A stretch of 64,000 nucleotides of DNA from an uncultured bacterium (GTDB lineage Bacteria > UBA8248 > JACPRG01 > G963555815): the NCBI GenBank assembly GCA_964437725.1, contig CAYTIB010000114.1, positions 2,695 through 66,694 on the forward strand, written 5' to 3'. This document shows positions 27,904 to 37,961 of the stretch, piece after piece. The stretch's first letter is position 1. The number at the start of each line of letters is the position of its first letter. The position numbers and the translations under genes are program-made. Under the pieces are notes generated by a model. The model had not been told where the DNA came from. It did not search any database and worked only from the letters and a program-made list of their open reading frames with translations.

Positions 27904-28767
27904 TTATTCCCTGTCGTTTTCATTGGAGTTCTTAGTTAAATTGGGATACTTGCGTTTTTCTGCAGGCCGATGCTTCCGTAGCGTCTCGATGAATTCAACC
28001 CCGTTTCCAATGATGGCCTGCCACAATTTTTCGCCCTTTTCCACATTGGCGACAGTTGGATCGCCGATGTGTGCTGGGGGAGTATAAAAGCTCTGATCGT
28101 CTGCAGTTATCGTTATTGGAATTTTGTCGCCGGATGCAAAATTGTCGTGGGAAAAAAACCGACTTTCAAAGTAAAGGTTTCCCCGGTGTTCGAAGGCCTT
28201 ATCCATTTGGACCATCTCGGGACGTTTGAATAGCATATGGGACGTTTCAAACTCACCGCCATGCTGCCCCGCGCCCGGATTCTCACAGACCTCTTTATGG
28301 GTTGAGGAAGCAATGATTAAAGGATCGTACAAAGCAAAAAAGGTTTCTGGATTTTCTTGTTTAATGGTTTTGCTTGCAATCCCAATTGCAGCGACGTTGG
28401 CTAGCCGGTGGCCATTGAAGGTGATAATGTTTTTAAATCCATGTTTTATGAGGCTGCGATAAATATCCTTAAGTAGATCGACTACTGTTTCTGGCCTAAG
28501 CGAAATCCCAGGTTTGTGCATGTGGTGCTGGGCGTCTCCAAACCAGCTTGGTGGTGTGCACAAGACATTCGCGGCCTTTGCTATCCCTTCCGAATAATCA
28601 ATAGCTTCGAACCCATCGACCCCAATGGGAAGATGTGGACCGTGTGGTTCGGTACTTCCAATAGGTACGATTACGATGTCTTCCTGTTCCAGGTATTCGG
28701 CAATCTCTTCCCAAGTAAGATCCTGCATCCAAATTGATTTGAGTTTCTTTTTCCGCGCGGTAGCCAT
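27904..28767 (-). CDS. Creatininase-family amidohydrolase
   Basis: Hallmark motif VPIGSTEPHGPHLP (family pattern GS.EQHGPHLP) plus a later GGEFETS block. ATG 28767 is preceded by AAAGGAG. The track start (TTG 28791) is less likely. Confidence 0.8.
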   Translation of the reverse strand: MATARKKKLKSIWMQDLTWEEIAEYLEQEDIVIVPIGSTEPHGPHLPIGVDGFEAIDYSEGIAKAANVLCTPPSWFGDAQHHMHKPGISLRPETVVDLLKDIYRSLIKHGFKNIITFNGHRLANVAAIGIASKTIKQENPETFFALYDPLIIASSTHKEVCENPGAGQHGGEFETSHMLFKRPEMVQMDKAFEHRGNLYFESRFFSHDNFASGDKIPITITADDQSFYTPPAHIGDPTVANVEKGEKLWQAIIGNGVEFIETLRKHRPAEKRKYPNLTKNSNENDRE

Positions 28768-29103
28768 GCGTTCTTTTCTCCTTTGCGACAAACGGTGTTT
28801 TGTCGTTGCGTTAGTAGAATATAGGCTAACTTTGTTCCTCAGAGATTATGCTGTAGTCTCGGTTGCTCGGATAGGTTCATTGCGAAATCGAGTCGTATGG
28901 GAATGAACCGGAGCGACAGCTTTTCTGCTTTTGTCGAATTTTCTCCGGGTGGGTATGGCAACTCACGGTTTGTACTTGAAGGTGTGTCGACATCGGTACC
29001 GCCACCTTCGCGGTTCCTGGGGGTTCAACGAGAATGTTCTCCCAGGTAGGTGATTTTCCCACCCTCTCACGGAGCAGAGATACCTCTTGCTGGTGAGAAG
29101 TGC

Positions 29104-29469
29104 TCAGTTCGTGAATTCGTTTTTAGCGTATTCCGAGCTTTCCATTTTTTCACCGAACTCCACTACCAGGTCTCGTATAAGGCGGTAGCGAGGTACGGGT
29201 TCCACGACCATCCCTTCCTCAAGCGGAATCTGACAGGAAAGGACAGATTTCCCATTAACTCGCATTTGACAAGTACGGCAATCTTCAATCCGGCACGACC
29301 ACCGGACGGCGAGCGAATGGTCAATCTCTTCTTGAATGTAGCGCAATGCATCGAGGACTTTAATGCCCTCCCACTTCGGGACGACAAACTCCTCTAAACG
29401 ACCTTCCGTCTCTCCTGCATCTGGATCCCGACGATATACCTTAAACCGCAATTTGGGGTCGCTCATCAA
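29104..29469 (-). CDS. SdhB/FrdB N-terminal-domain-only [2Fe-2S] protein
   Basis: 121 aa. The sequence …FKVYRRDPD…VLDALRYIQEE.DHSLA.RWSCRIEDCRTCQMRVNGKSVLSC…IRDLVVE matches the 2Fe-2S domain of SdhB (C-x4-C-x2-C-x11-C). It stops where the 4Fe-4S/3Fe-4S domain would begin, and it overlaps the 3' end of the flavoprotein gene. Confidence 0.7.
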   Translation of the reverse strand: MMSDPKLRFKVYRRDPDAGETEGRLEEFVVPKWEGIKVLDALRYIQEEIDHSLAVRWSCRIEDCRTCQMRVNGKSVLSCQIPLEEGMVVEPVPRYRLIRDLVVEFGEKMESSEYAKNEFTN

Positions 29470-31234
29470 TGACCTCCTTTGGATCGACCGTTGTGACCTT
29501 AAGCGGTTCCGTCCGGAGTTCTACGTCTCCCCCGTTGCCCCGCCGCAGATAGGTGTTTTTTAGCCAATTACTATTATCCATGGCTAGATAGTCATCTCGG
29601 TGATGATTCCCACGACTTTCCTTCCGCTCCAACGCAGCATGGGCAACCAGCATACAGGTGTCGAGCTGGCGGGGAAGGGTTATGGCCGTTGCCCATTCCC
29701 AATTGAAGGGTAACGCTTTGGACTTCATTTTAGCTTGTGGCAGTAACTCATTTTTCGCCTCAGCAAACCAATCTATAGCGGACTTCAGATCGGTCTCGTT
29801 TCGGATTACCCCTACCTTTTCCCACATGGTCTCTTGCATCTTCTGGCGGATTTTAATGGGACTCTCACCCTTCCCGTTCCCATCCGTCCAGCCAAAAACC
29901 CTCTCATGTTCCAGATCAATCTTGGCATCGGTAACCTTCGGTGCAGATGTATTGGCAGCGTAAGCTGCCGCTTCCCGTCCTGCCACGCGGCCAAAGGCAG
30001 CCACATGGGTGAGTGCGTTACCACCCAAACGGTTTGCACCATGAACACCGCCCTGGGTTTCGCCCGCCGCGTATAGTCCTTCGACATTTGTCATCATGTC
30101 CAAACCTGTTCGAACACCTCCGCCGGTGAAGTGAGATTTAGCACCCACCTCCATCGGCTCCTCGGAAAGATCAAATCCAACGCGCTCACAGCGAACGCGA
30201 TAGCTCTTTGGAACCGATTTTCCACCTTGGAACTTATCGAATTCATAAATGAGGATATCTTTTGGTACAGAGGTCAGATCCATATAACAGCCACCGTGAG
30301 GGGAGCCTCTGCCAGCCCGAACCTCACTGTAAATACCAAATGAGCGAACGTCCCGGGTTGTGTTCCATGCCCGTACGCCATCATATTTTGCGAGAAAGTT
30401 CTCGCCCTCTGAGTTTATGAATCGCCCGTGCTCTCGTATTTGGGGACGCCAACCTGGAAAATTGGTTATGGTGACATTGATGTGTGTGATCCTTGGATCC
30501 ACCTGAGAGGGGAGAAATTGAATAAATTCCATGTCGACCATGTCCGCGCCTACCTCATAGGCCATTCCATGGACATCTCCCCCGCACTCAACGGCGGTAG
30601 TAGTAAACCGCATAGGCCAGAGTGTGGCATATCCCCCTGCCGCCAGGATGACTGCTTTGGCTTTGAAAATTAGGAACTCACCGGTTTTCCAGTCTATGCC
30701 TGTTACGCCTCCGACCTTCCCATCTTCGACAAGGATGCTGGTAACCAGGATACTCTCCATCCATGGCACGTCTATCCGGTCGATCTCTCTTCGGAGTGCC
30801 CACATCATTCGCGGGCCCGTCATAAATCCATAGTGAACCGATCTTTTGCGAGAGTGGCCTCCAGGAGGCCAGACCAGGTCGAATTTTCCGTCTTTGTCTT
30901 TCCGAAACGTTTTGCCGCCGCCCCACTCATCCAATTCATGTAATGTTTCGGGAGATTCCTTGGCGTAGAGCTCAACAAGCGGCTGATCCGGCATGCAATA
31001 CCCACCAATAACAGTATCGCGAAAGTGCAGCTCCGGTGTATCATCGTCCCCGACTGCCCCTGTGCAAGTGTGGCCGGCTGTTATGGTTGCTCCACTGCGA
31101 CCAAAATTTCCTCGGTCCAGAATCAGAACCTTTGCCCCTCCCTTTTGAGCATGGATAGCTGCTTCAGCACCGGCGCCACCGGACCCTACAACAAGGACGT
31201 CCACATCGATAGTGCGCTGAGACTTTGAGTTCAA
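29441..31234 (-). CDS. Succinate dehydrogenase/fumarate reductase-family FAD flavoprotein (divergent)
   Basis: 597 aa with VVGSGGAGAEAA (FAD), SHFTGGG, GANRLGGNAL and ESRGNHHRDDY, all matching SdhA/FrdA blocks. RSGAT replaces RSHT (the covalent-FAD His) and QFLPS replaces QFHPT. Confidence 0.75.
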   Translation of the reverse strand: MNSKSQRTIDVDVLVVGSGGAGAEAAIHAQKGGAKVLILDRGNFGRSGATITAGHTCTGAVGDDDTPELHFRDTVIGGYCMPDQPLVELYAKESPETLHELDEWGGGKTFRKDKDGKFDLVWPPGGHSRKRSVHYGFMTGPRMMWALRREIDRIDVPWMESILVTSILVEDGKVGGVTGIDWKTGEFLIFKAKAVILAAGGYATLWPMRFTTTAVECGGDVHGMAYEVGADMVDMEFIQFLPSQVDPRITHINVTITNFPGWRPQIREHGRFINSEGENFLAKYDGVRAWNTTRDVRSFGIYSEVRAGRGSPHGGCYMDLTSVPKDILIYEFDKFQGGKSVPKSYRVRCERVGFDLSEEPMEVGAKSHFTGGGVRTGLDMMTNVEGLYAAGETQGGVHGANRLGGNALTHVAAFGRVAGREAAAYAANTSAPKVTDAKIDLEHERVFGWTDGNGKGESPIKIRQKMQETMWEKVGVIRNETDLKSAIDWFAEAKNELLPQAKMKSKALPFNWEWATAITLPRQLDTCMLVAHAALERKESRGNHHRDDYLAMDNSNWLKNTYLRRGNGGDVELRTEPLKVTTVDPKEVIDERPQIAV

Positions 31235-31394
31235 GTTATAGCCTCCACTTGAATGTAAGTTAAAAAAATTGCTTTGCCGATACGAAGAGATGCCTGTTGA
31301 GATCCCAGGGCTACTACCTCAGTTTTGACTATAATCGACTTGGAAGATTTTCACCGCAAGTTGATTATCCGGTTTTCACTTCCGGTCGTCTTGC

Positions 31395-31424
31395 TTGACG
31401 CCTTTTAAACGGCTCCGCTACTAT
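31395..31424 (+). promoter_or_regulatory. Candidate sigma70-type promoter upstream of kbl
   Basis: TTGACG (31395-31400), an 18-nt spacer, then TACTAT (31419-31424), about 130 nt upstream of the kbl ATG. This is a motif match only. Confidence 0.25.
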
Positions 31425-31553
31425 GGCCGTGTTTCCCTGTAAGACGACACGGAAAGTTATCATTCATGAACCCTTTGAGAGTGTCAAGAGGGATTCGTTG
31501 AATGGTAGCGGGTGGAATTAACGGACCTCTATACCTAGGGCGGATTTACTCCT

Positions 31554-32738
31554 ATGCTGAGTAGTTTATCTCAAAGGCTTCAAGCCAACCTGGAACAACT
31601 CGAAAAAGAGAAAAGGTATCGGACAGTTCCTATTTTGGAAACAGCCCAGAGCGCTCATGTTCGGATGAATGGGCGGGATGTCATCATGCTTTCCTCAAAC
31701 AACTATTTGGGGTTGGCAAATCATCCCAAATTAGTTGAAGCTGCGCAGGAAGGGCTTCGTCGCTATGGCTGTGGAACGGCTTCTGTACGATTTATCTGCG
31801 GAACTTTGGACATACACCGTGAGTTAGAGGCAAAAATTGCAGAATTCGTTGGCACGGAAGATGCGCTTCTTTATTCTTCCTGTGCGACTGCTAATGAGGG
31901 TTTAATTCCGGCATTGATGGGGGAGGGGGATCTGATTTGTAGCGATGTCCTTAACCACGCCAGTATTATAGATGGGATTCGTCTGAGTCGCGCCAATCGG
32001 CACATCTTCCCGCACCGAGATTTGCATTCACTGGAAGAAGGTTTGAAGGGAAATAAGGATGCCAATCTCAAAATGGTTGTAACAGATGGGGTTTTTAGCA
32101 TGGAGGGGAATTTGTCTCCTCTACCGGAGATGGCAGACTTAGCAGACCGTTATGGCGCATTCCTGGTGGTGGACGAATCCCACGCCCTCGGAGTTTTGGG
32201 TGATAGTGGAAGAGGGACGGCCGAACATCTTGGTGTTGAAGAGCGGGTCCAAATCCAGACGGGGACATTGGGTAAGTCTTTAGGTGGAGCGATGGGGGGA
32301 TATGTGGCAGGGAGCCGAGATCTTATCAATTTTTTAACCCAGAGCTCACGCCCTTACATTTTCTCAAATGCTTTGCCGCCTGCTGTTATATTTGTAGGTA
32401 TGGCCGCGCTTGAATTGATTCAAAAGGATCCGGGACCCCGGATTCGTCTCATGGAAAATACTGATTATTTTCGTAAAGAAATTGTTAGTTCCGGTTTTGA
32501 CATTATCAAGGGGTTTCACCCAATTGTTCCTGTCATGATCGGAGAAACCCCGAAAGCATTGGAGATGAGCGCAGCGCTCCTCGAGGATGGGATCTTCGTC
32601 ACTGGGTTTGGTTTTCCAGTTGTTCCAAAGGGTGAGGCACGTCTTCGGGTTCAGCTTTCTGCTGCCCATAACAGAGACGATCTTGACCGTTGTCTTGAGG
32701 TGTTCCGAAAGGTAGGGAAACAGCTTGGAATTGTCTGA
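31554..32738 (+). CDS. kbl: Glycine C-acetyltransferase (2-amino-3-ketobutyrate CoA ligase)
   Basis: 394 aa, nearly colinear with E. coli Kbl (NNYLGLANHP, SVRFICGT, ALNHASIIDG.RL, DGVFSM.G, GTLGKSLGGA, SRPY.FSN.L.P, YPVVPKG.AR.R.Q.SAAH). Confidence 0.9.
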   Translation: MLSSLSQRLQANLEQLEKEKRYRTVPILETAQSAHVRMNGRDVIMLSSNNYLGLANHPKLVEAAQEGLRRYGCGTASVRFICGTLDIHRELEAKIAEFVGTEDALLYSSCATANEGLIPALMGEGDLICSDVLNHASIIDGIRLSRANRHIFPHRDLHSLEEGLKGNKDANLKMVVTDGVFSMEGNLSPLPEMADLADRYGAFLVVDESHALGVLGDSGRGTAEHLGVEERVQIQTGTLGKSLGGAMGGYVAGSRDLINFLTQSSRPYIFSNALPPAVIFVGMAALELIQKDPGPRIRLMENTDYFRKEIVSSGFDIIKGFHPIVPVMIGETPKALEMSAALLEDGIFVTGFGFPVVPKGEARLRVQLSAAHNRDDLDRCLEVFRKVGKQLGIV

Positions 32739-32838
32739 GAAGGTATGTGGTCAGGAAATTTCTTAGTACGATGAAACTTTGGTAGCTTATAACGAATGAA
32801 TTGAAGGATTGGTTTTTCTGAAAGGGGGTATTGGATTG

Positions 32839-33735
32839 ATGGCCGATAAGCGCCGCGAACGGCAAGTTTACATTAACGGTAAGTTTTCTCCGGAGAGCAA
32901 GGCATCCATTTCGGTGTTCGATCATGGTCTCCTTTATGGGGATGGCATCTATGACACGATGTGCTCTTGGAACTACTCAATTTTCCGGCTCCAAGAGCAT
33001 ATTGATCGCCTCTATCGCTCTGCACATGCCATCAAGATAAAGATCCCATTGTCGAAAAAAAAATTCTCAGAGGCCGTCATTAATACAGTTCGTAAGTCGA
33101 AGTTGCGAAACGCTTATATCAAGTGTGTGGTAACGCGGGGTGTTGGACCTCAGCCTTTACTGGATCCCCGTGGGTGTACCCCCAACGTAATCATATTTTG
33201 TCGCCCATATATGTGGCTAGCAGGTTCAAGTAAAGGGAAAGGAATTCGATGCAAAATCACGCAAACGCGTCAGATTCCCAACGATGCTCTCAGTCGCCAG
33301 GTTAAGAACCTGAATTATATGAATTTTGTTCTAGCAAAGATTGAGGCCATCGAAACGGGATTTGACAATGCATTAATGCCAAACTTGTCAGGAGAAGTGC
33401 TTGAGGGGCCAGGGCTGAATTTTTTTATAGTTGAAAAGGGTGCTTTAGTTACTCCCCCAAAGGGAGAAATTCTGGAAGGCATCACGCGGACAGCCATTAT
33501 GGATATGGCAGTGGAGCTAGATATCTCTGTCGAAGAGAGGAGCCTGTCCCCGTATGATTGTTACACAGCTGACGAGGCGTTTTTTTGTAGCACGGCTGGG
33601 GGTGTGGTTCCCATAATAGACATCGATGGCAGAAAGATTGGCAATGGGGGAATGGGCCGTATTTCCTCTAAACTGGAGCGAACCTACTTTGAATGGTTGG
33701 ACGATGGACGAGATGGAACCAATGTCACAGGGTGA
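32839..33735 (+). CDS. Class IV (fold type IV) aminotransferase (BCAT / D-amino-acid aminotransferase-like)
   Basis: The N-terminal pattern …YINGKF.P….A.ISV.DHGLLYGDG.YDT… and later …EGITR… are typical of fold-type IV PLP enzymes. ATG 32839 has AAGGGGG upstream. The ORF is open from 32809. Confidence 0.75.
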   Translation: MADKRRERQVYINGKFSPESKASISVFDHGLLYGDGIYDTMCSWNYSIFRLQEHIDRLYRSAHAIKIKIPLSKKKFSEAVINTVRKSKLRNAYIKCVVTRGVGPQPLLDPRGCTPNVIIFCRPYMWLAGSSKGKGIRCKITQTRQIPNDALSRQVKNLNYMNFVLAKIEAIETGFDNALMPNLSGEVLEGPGLNFFIVEKGALVTPPKGEILEGITRTAIMDMAVELDISVEERSLSPYDCYTADEAFFCSTAGGVVPIIDIDGRKIGNGGMGRISSKLERTYFEWLDDGRDGTNVTG

Positions 33736-33903
33736 TTTTTGGGGGCAATTTTTTCCGATTAAGGCGCGAGTTAATGTAAGAGGCGGTTTTGATGGTCTAA
33801 CGGTTTTGTACTTTAGGTGTATTAGGCGATTCTCCGATGTAGAAGTTTCGAAGTGGGTTGTCCCATAACACACTAGGCTCAGGACTAAGAAAGGGAGGGG
33901 CTT

Positions 33904-34692
33904 ATGCCGGAGGCGTCGGTTAACGGTATTCAGCTTCATTATGAAATTCATGGTGAAGGGGATCCGGTTATGTTGATCACAGGTCTAGGTGGGTCTGGTA
34001 CGGGGTGGGGGCCGCAGGCGCAACTTTTTGGAAAAGATTACTTAACAGTTGTTCCAGATCACAGGGGAGCCGGCCAGTCGACTTTTGCCGAAGACGGCTA
34101 CACAATTGAACAACATGCTTCCGACATGGCTGAAACGCTTCGCAAAATAAATTGTGGCCCTGCTCACATCATAGGTTCATCCACAGGTGGAGCTATCGCC
34201 ACGGTGATGGCACTTGATGAGCCTGATGTTGTGCGCTCCATTGTTGTTTGTTCGTCGTGGGCAAAAACGGATAGCTATTTTCGCCATCAGTTCGAGACAC
34301 GCAAGTTGACGCTAGTTGACTCAGGTATTAGAGCAGCTCAGGAAGCGAATGCACTTTTCCTCTTTGCTCCGACCTATTTGCGTGATCATTACGACAAGGT
34401 TGAAGAATGGATCGAGATGATTTCTTCCATTCCAGCGGATGTCGACATAATGGTGAAGAGGATCGATATGATTATTGCTCACGATCAGCTAAATCGTCTT
34501 CCAGATATACAAATACCCTGTTTAGTTATAGTTGGAGAAGAGGACTTTTGTACTCCTCCCTACCTTTCGAGAGAATTGGCGAGCGTAATCCCCGGAGCGG
34601 AACTTGCTATCATGGAAGGAGGGCACTTCTTTTACAAAGAACGTCCAATGGAGTTCTACGGTCGTGTCCGAGAATTCCTTGAAAGCCAATAA
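33904..34692 (+). CDS. Alpha/beta hydrolase (RutD / 3-oxoadipate enol-lactonase-like)
   Basis: 262 aa. ITGLGGSGTGWGPQ resembles the RutD ISGLGGSGSYWLPQ block. Nucleophile elbow GSSTGG, C-terminal GGH. Confidence 0.65.
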   Translation: MPEASVNGIQLHYEIHGEGDPVMLITGLGGSGTGWGPQAQLFGKDYLTVVPDHRGAGQSTFAEDGYTIEQHASDMAETLRKINCGPAHIIGSSTGGAIATVMALDEPDVVRSIVVCSSWAKTDSYFRHQFETRKLTLVDSGIRAAQEANALFLFAPTYLRDHYDKVEEWIEMISSIPADVDIMVKRIDMIIAHDQLNRLPDIQIPCLVIVGEEDFCTPPYLSRELASVIPGAELAIMEGGHFFYKERPMEFYGRVREFLESQ

Positions 34693-34949
34693 AGACCCTG
34701 GATTTGAAGTGGGGTGGTAGTGGCAGATATTGGGACGGAAGCGCTGTGTCTAACAGACTTCTTACTGATGTCCGACTAGGTGGTTTTGGTCAGTAGGATA
34801 CTAAAGTAACAGATCGACCACGATTCCATTGAAGAAAGATGAAATTGCATAAATCAACACACTCTTAACTCTGTTTGAACGAGAAAATAAGGCTCTCTTC
34901 TTTTCTTCTGTCTTTGAGGTCGCGACTTGCAGGAAAGGGGGGTAACCAT

Positions 34950-36050
34950 GTGAGAACTTTTTTGTTGGGTACCGCCAACGGCGTTTGGCTTGCAGATGCC
35001 ACCCAGTGCGATCGAGTTGGTTTAGAGGGTGAGCGGGTTACGGTCATTGCCTCCTCCCCCGAGTCAAATGTCCTATATGCTGCAACGGCAAGCAGCCGTG
35101 TCTACAAGAGTGAAAACCAAGGACAAAGTTGGAATTTGCAATTTTACTCGGGAGACCCCCACAATCGATTTATGAGCCTTGCTGTCTCGCCTCATTTTCC
35201 GCATCCAGTCTTTGCAGGTACTTGGCCGGCGAAGATTTTTCGCTCTCTAGACGGACAGACATGGAATGAGGCGAAACGTTTTCTTGAAACGGAGGGATCC
35301 AAGTATTGGTGTTTTCCCCCACCTCCTCATGAACCTCGTCTAGTTTCTATCCTCTTTCATCACGGGAATCCGAATATTGTTTATGCAACTGTGGAGATGG
35401 GGGGTCTTATGAAAAGCCTGGATGGCGGAGAGACCTGGAAGTCGATGACCCATGAAGTCAACCGGGATACCCACGTGGTGGTTATACACCCCAAAGACCC
35501 GGAGACGCTTTATCTTACGACTGGGTTCGCGTCCGCTTTTCGTCCTGGTGTCTACTGGTCGCGAGATGGTGGAGGGTCATGGGAGTATCGATATCGAGAT
35601 ATGCACCCTATGTACACTTGGCGAATTTGCATAGACCCTGTTCGGCCGGAAGTGCTTCACTTGGTCGCCTATCCTTATGCGCCGAGCGATTGGCACATGC
35701 CGACTGGCACGGGCGGTACTGTGCTCCGGACCGAAGATGGGGGTGAGACTTGGACAAAGCCACATGACGGGACTCATCTGCCCTCTGTTAACTATTTTCC
35801 GAAGATCATGCCAGACTATGACTGTCCGGGGGCAGTCCTTTTTGGCTTATCACCTTATCTAAGGCCCTCCACCAATCCTAAGGATGATTTGCCATTGAAA
35901 TATTTTAATGTCGATGGTTTTGTTTCACCCAGTGTTGACTCGCCGACGGAGAAGGGACGTATTGTCCGCTCCGGTGAGGATGGAAAGAGTTGGGAAGTGG
36001 TTCTAGAAAATCTTCCTCCATTTCTCGATTTTTTGCCGCTTGATTCGTAA
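34950..36050 (+). CDS. BNR/Asp-box repeat beta-propeller protein
   Basis: Five Asp-box (S/T-x-D-G-G-x-T/S-W) repeats are present: SLDGQTW, SLDGGETW, SRDGGGSW, TEDGGETW, GEDGKSW. In-frame GTG 34950 is preceded by AGGAAAGGGGGG. The ORF is open from TTG 34875. Confidence 0.7.
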   Translation: MRTFLLGTANGVWLADATQCDRVGLEGERVTVIASSPESNVLYAATASSRVYKSENQGQSWNLQFYSGDPHNRFMSLAVSPHFPHPVFAGTWPAKIFRSLDGQTWNEAKRFLETEGSKYWCFPPPPHEPRLVSILFHHGNPNIVYATVEMGGLMKSLDGGETWKSMTHEVNRDTHVVVIHPKDPETLYLTTGFASAFRPGVYWSRDGGGSWEYRYRDMHPMYTWRICIDPVRPEVLHLVAYPYAPSDWHMPTGTGGTVLRTEDGGETWTKPHDGTHLPSVNYFPKIMPDYDCPGAVLFGLSPYLRPSTNPKDDLPLKYFNVDGFVSPSVDSPTEKGRIVRSGEDGKSWEVVLENLPPFLDFLPLDS

Positions 36051-36122
36051 GTGTTCTGCAATGCGAGAGATACCTACTAAAGGAAAAGTGCTGCGATTCT
36101 GAGTCCTAAGTTGGAGATAGAA

Positions 36123-37106
36123 ATGAGTCAGAGCGAAGAGTTGTTGAAGAAGTTCAAAGATGTGCCGCCCCCACATAAACCGGACTGGGAGACAAAGGGA
36201 GTCGATTTCCGTGTTCAGGAACCATGGGCAATTAATGAGAAATTTTTTATCAGTGCTGCTGTGGTTGGTAGCTTTGTAGGCAAGGATCAAAACCCAAAGC
36301 AGCCCACATTTCCCGAAGAGGTACAAGAAGCTTTTTTTGCTGCTATAGAGGCTGGTGCCTCGGGGATCCACGTACACGTTCGGGATTACGATGAAAAGCC
36401 CACAGCAAAGGCAGAAATCTACCATAAAGTTTTAGATCCAATCATTTCCAAATACGGAGACGATATCATTATCGATGGCGGGACAATGACCGGGCGCACC
36501 TTTGAGGAATGCATGATTCCGGTTACGGAGGGCCTGTTTGATCTTTGTATCGTTAATCCTACCTCGGGTTTGCTGGGAGATCGGTTGCGGGCGATGCGCC
36601 CTGTGACCATGCAGGCCCAAGCCGATTATTACAATGCGATGGGAGTTCGAAATATTATTGACGTCCATGAGGCATCGAGTATTTGGAATGCTAAGCGTCA
36701 CCTAATTGAGACGGGAGTTTTGAAGCCCCCATTTGTCTGGCATCTTTTACCGGGATTGCCAGGAACTCTTTATATGCCTAACGTGCGGGCGACATGGGAT
36801 GGGGTGACCTTTCTGGTGGATCGAATTCGAGAAATAGATCCTGATTCCATCATTATTGCTAGCGATGCAGGTCGAGCGTCGATTTATGGAACGGCCATCA
36901 ACCACCTTCTCGGTTTGCACCTTCGTGTTGGTATGGAAGACGTGCTCTACAAGTATCCGCACAGGAACGATTTGATTGAATCCACCGCGGAGGCAGTCCA
37001 CGAAGCCATTGAATTAGGAAATATGTTGGGTCGGGAACCCATGTCAGCTAAAGAATTTCGCGCTCTCGCCAATCTGGGAAGCCGCAGCGAGAGTGATGCC
37101 ACATAG
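36123..37106 (+). CDS. Beta-keto acid cleavage enzyme family (BKACE / DUF849, 3-keto-5-aminohexanoate cleavage enzyme-like)
   Basis: TIM-barrel pattern with the Zn-ligand block GASGIHVHVRD and a later …RVGMED… block characteristic of BKACE. ATG 36123 is preceded by GGAGA. Confidence 0.7.
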   Translation: MSQSEELLKKFKDVPPPHKPDWETKGVDFRVQEPWAINEKFFISAAVVGSFVGKDQNPKQPTFPEEVQEAFFAAIEAGASGIHVHVRDYDEKPTAKAEIYHKVLDPIISKYGDDIIIDGGTMTGRTFEECMIPVTEGLFDLCIVNPTSGLLGDRLRAMRPVTMQAQADYYNAMGVRNIIDVHEASSIWNAKRHLIETGVLKPPFVWHLLPGLPGTLYMPNVRATWDGVTFLVDRIREIDPDSIIIASDAGRASIYGTAINHLLGLHLRVGMEDVLYKYPHRNDLIESTAEAVHEAIELGNMLGREPMSAKEFRALANLGSRSESDAT

Positions 37107-37193
37107 TTGGCGGGTTGAAGTGGATCCTCTCGGGACGTGGTTTAGAGCGTGTAGGGGCCCAATTTCATAGAATAGACACTACCGATTTCAGGT

Positions 37194-37928
37194 TTGTCTG
37201 GGCGCTTTGCGTTTATCAAAAAACAAAAAATTACTAGGGGAGGGGTGAGGTTGGATACATCAGCTATGGGGATGCTTTTATCTCAAATGGAGTGTCCGGC
37301 TTCGTTGGAGGCCGATTTTCACAAATGGTATAACGATGAGCATATCCCGGAGCGGATGGCCGTTCCCGGATTTCTGAGTGCCGCGCGCTATGAAGTGGTC
37401 GGAAGGGGTCCGAGATTTCTCGCCCGCTACAATTTGAAGGATCTGAGTGCTCTGGATCACCCCGATTATGTAAAAGTAAAAAAGCATCAGTCTGAGGAAA
37501 CCGAAAAGATTCTCTCCTCAGTTTCTGTTTTCACCCGTTACCTTGCAACTGTCTGTTCGGTTCGTCGGCGGGAGGATGTTCCAGAACAACCTGGGGATTC
37601 TCCCTATATTGTGATTGATGCACTTAGCGTCCCCGAGGAAGCTCGGGAGGACCTGGTAAGTTGGTATGAGCAAGAGCTTGTGGACAACTTACTCAGTGTG
37701 GAGGGATGGTGGAGATGCTTACGACTCAGTGTTGTCTCTGGGGAACCTGAATCCTGGACTGATATTTTCATCCACGAGGTGGCTAGTCTTGAGGCGCTAG
37801 AGGCTCCTGAGAGGCAAGACTCGTGGGAGACGTCTTGGGCTCAACGTCTCCGCAGTCAGTCTTGTTTCGAAGCAAGGCAGACGATCCTCTATGAAAAATT
37901 TTTGGATTGGCAAACTCAAATTATGTAG
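37194..37928 (+). CDS. Hypothetical protein with two internally repeated ferredoxin-like (EthD/DABB-like) halves
   Basis: Two related segments are present: LEADFHKWYNDEHIPERMAVPGFLSAARYEVV and AREDLVSWYEQELVDNLLSVEGWWRCLRLSVV. The family is not firmly recognised and the start is uncertain (internal Met codons near 37260). Confidence 0.4.
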   Translation: MSGRFAFIKKQKITRGGVRLDTSAMGMLLSQMECPASLEADFHKWYNDEHIPERMAVPGFLSAARYEVVGRGPRFLARYNLKDLSALDHPDYVKVKKHQSEETEKILSSVSVFTRYLATVCSVRRREDVPEQPGDSPYIVIDALSVPEEAREDLVSWYEQELVDNLLSVEGWWRCLRLSVVSGEPESWTDIFIHEVASLEALEAPERQDSWETSWAQRLRSQSCFEARQTILYEKFLDWQTQIM

Positions 37929-37961
37929 AACCCCAATCTGGGGTCTCAGGGAGAAAAGCTG

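Noticed and set aside
28786-28805. 7-bp hairpin (CGACAAA-N6-TTTGTCG) directly upstream of the RBS of the creatininase-family gene.
   Set aside because: It is short and AT-rich, and on its own it is not distinguishable from chance secondary structure. It could be a minor 5'-UTR element, but there is no supporting evidence.
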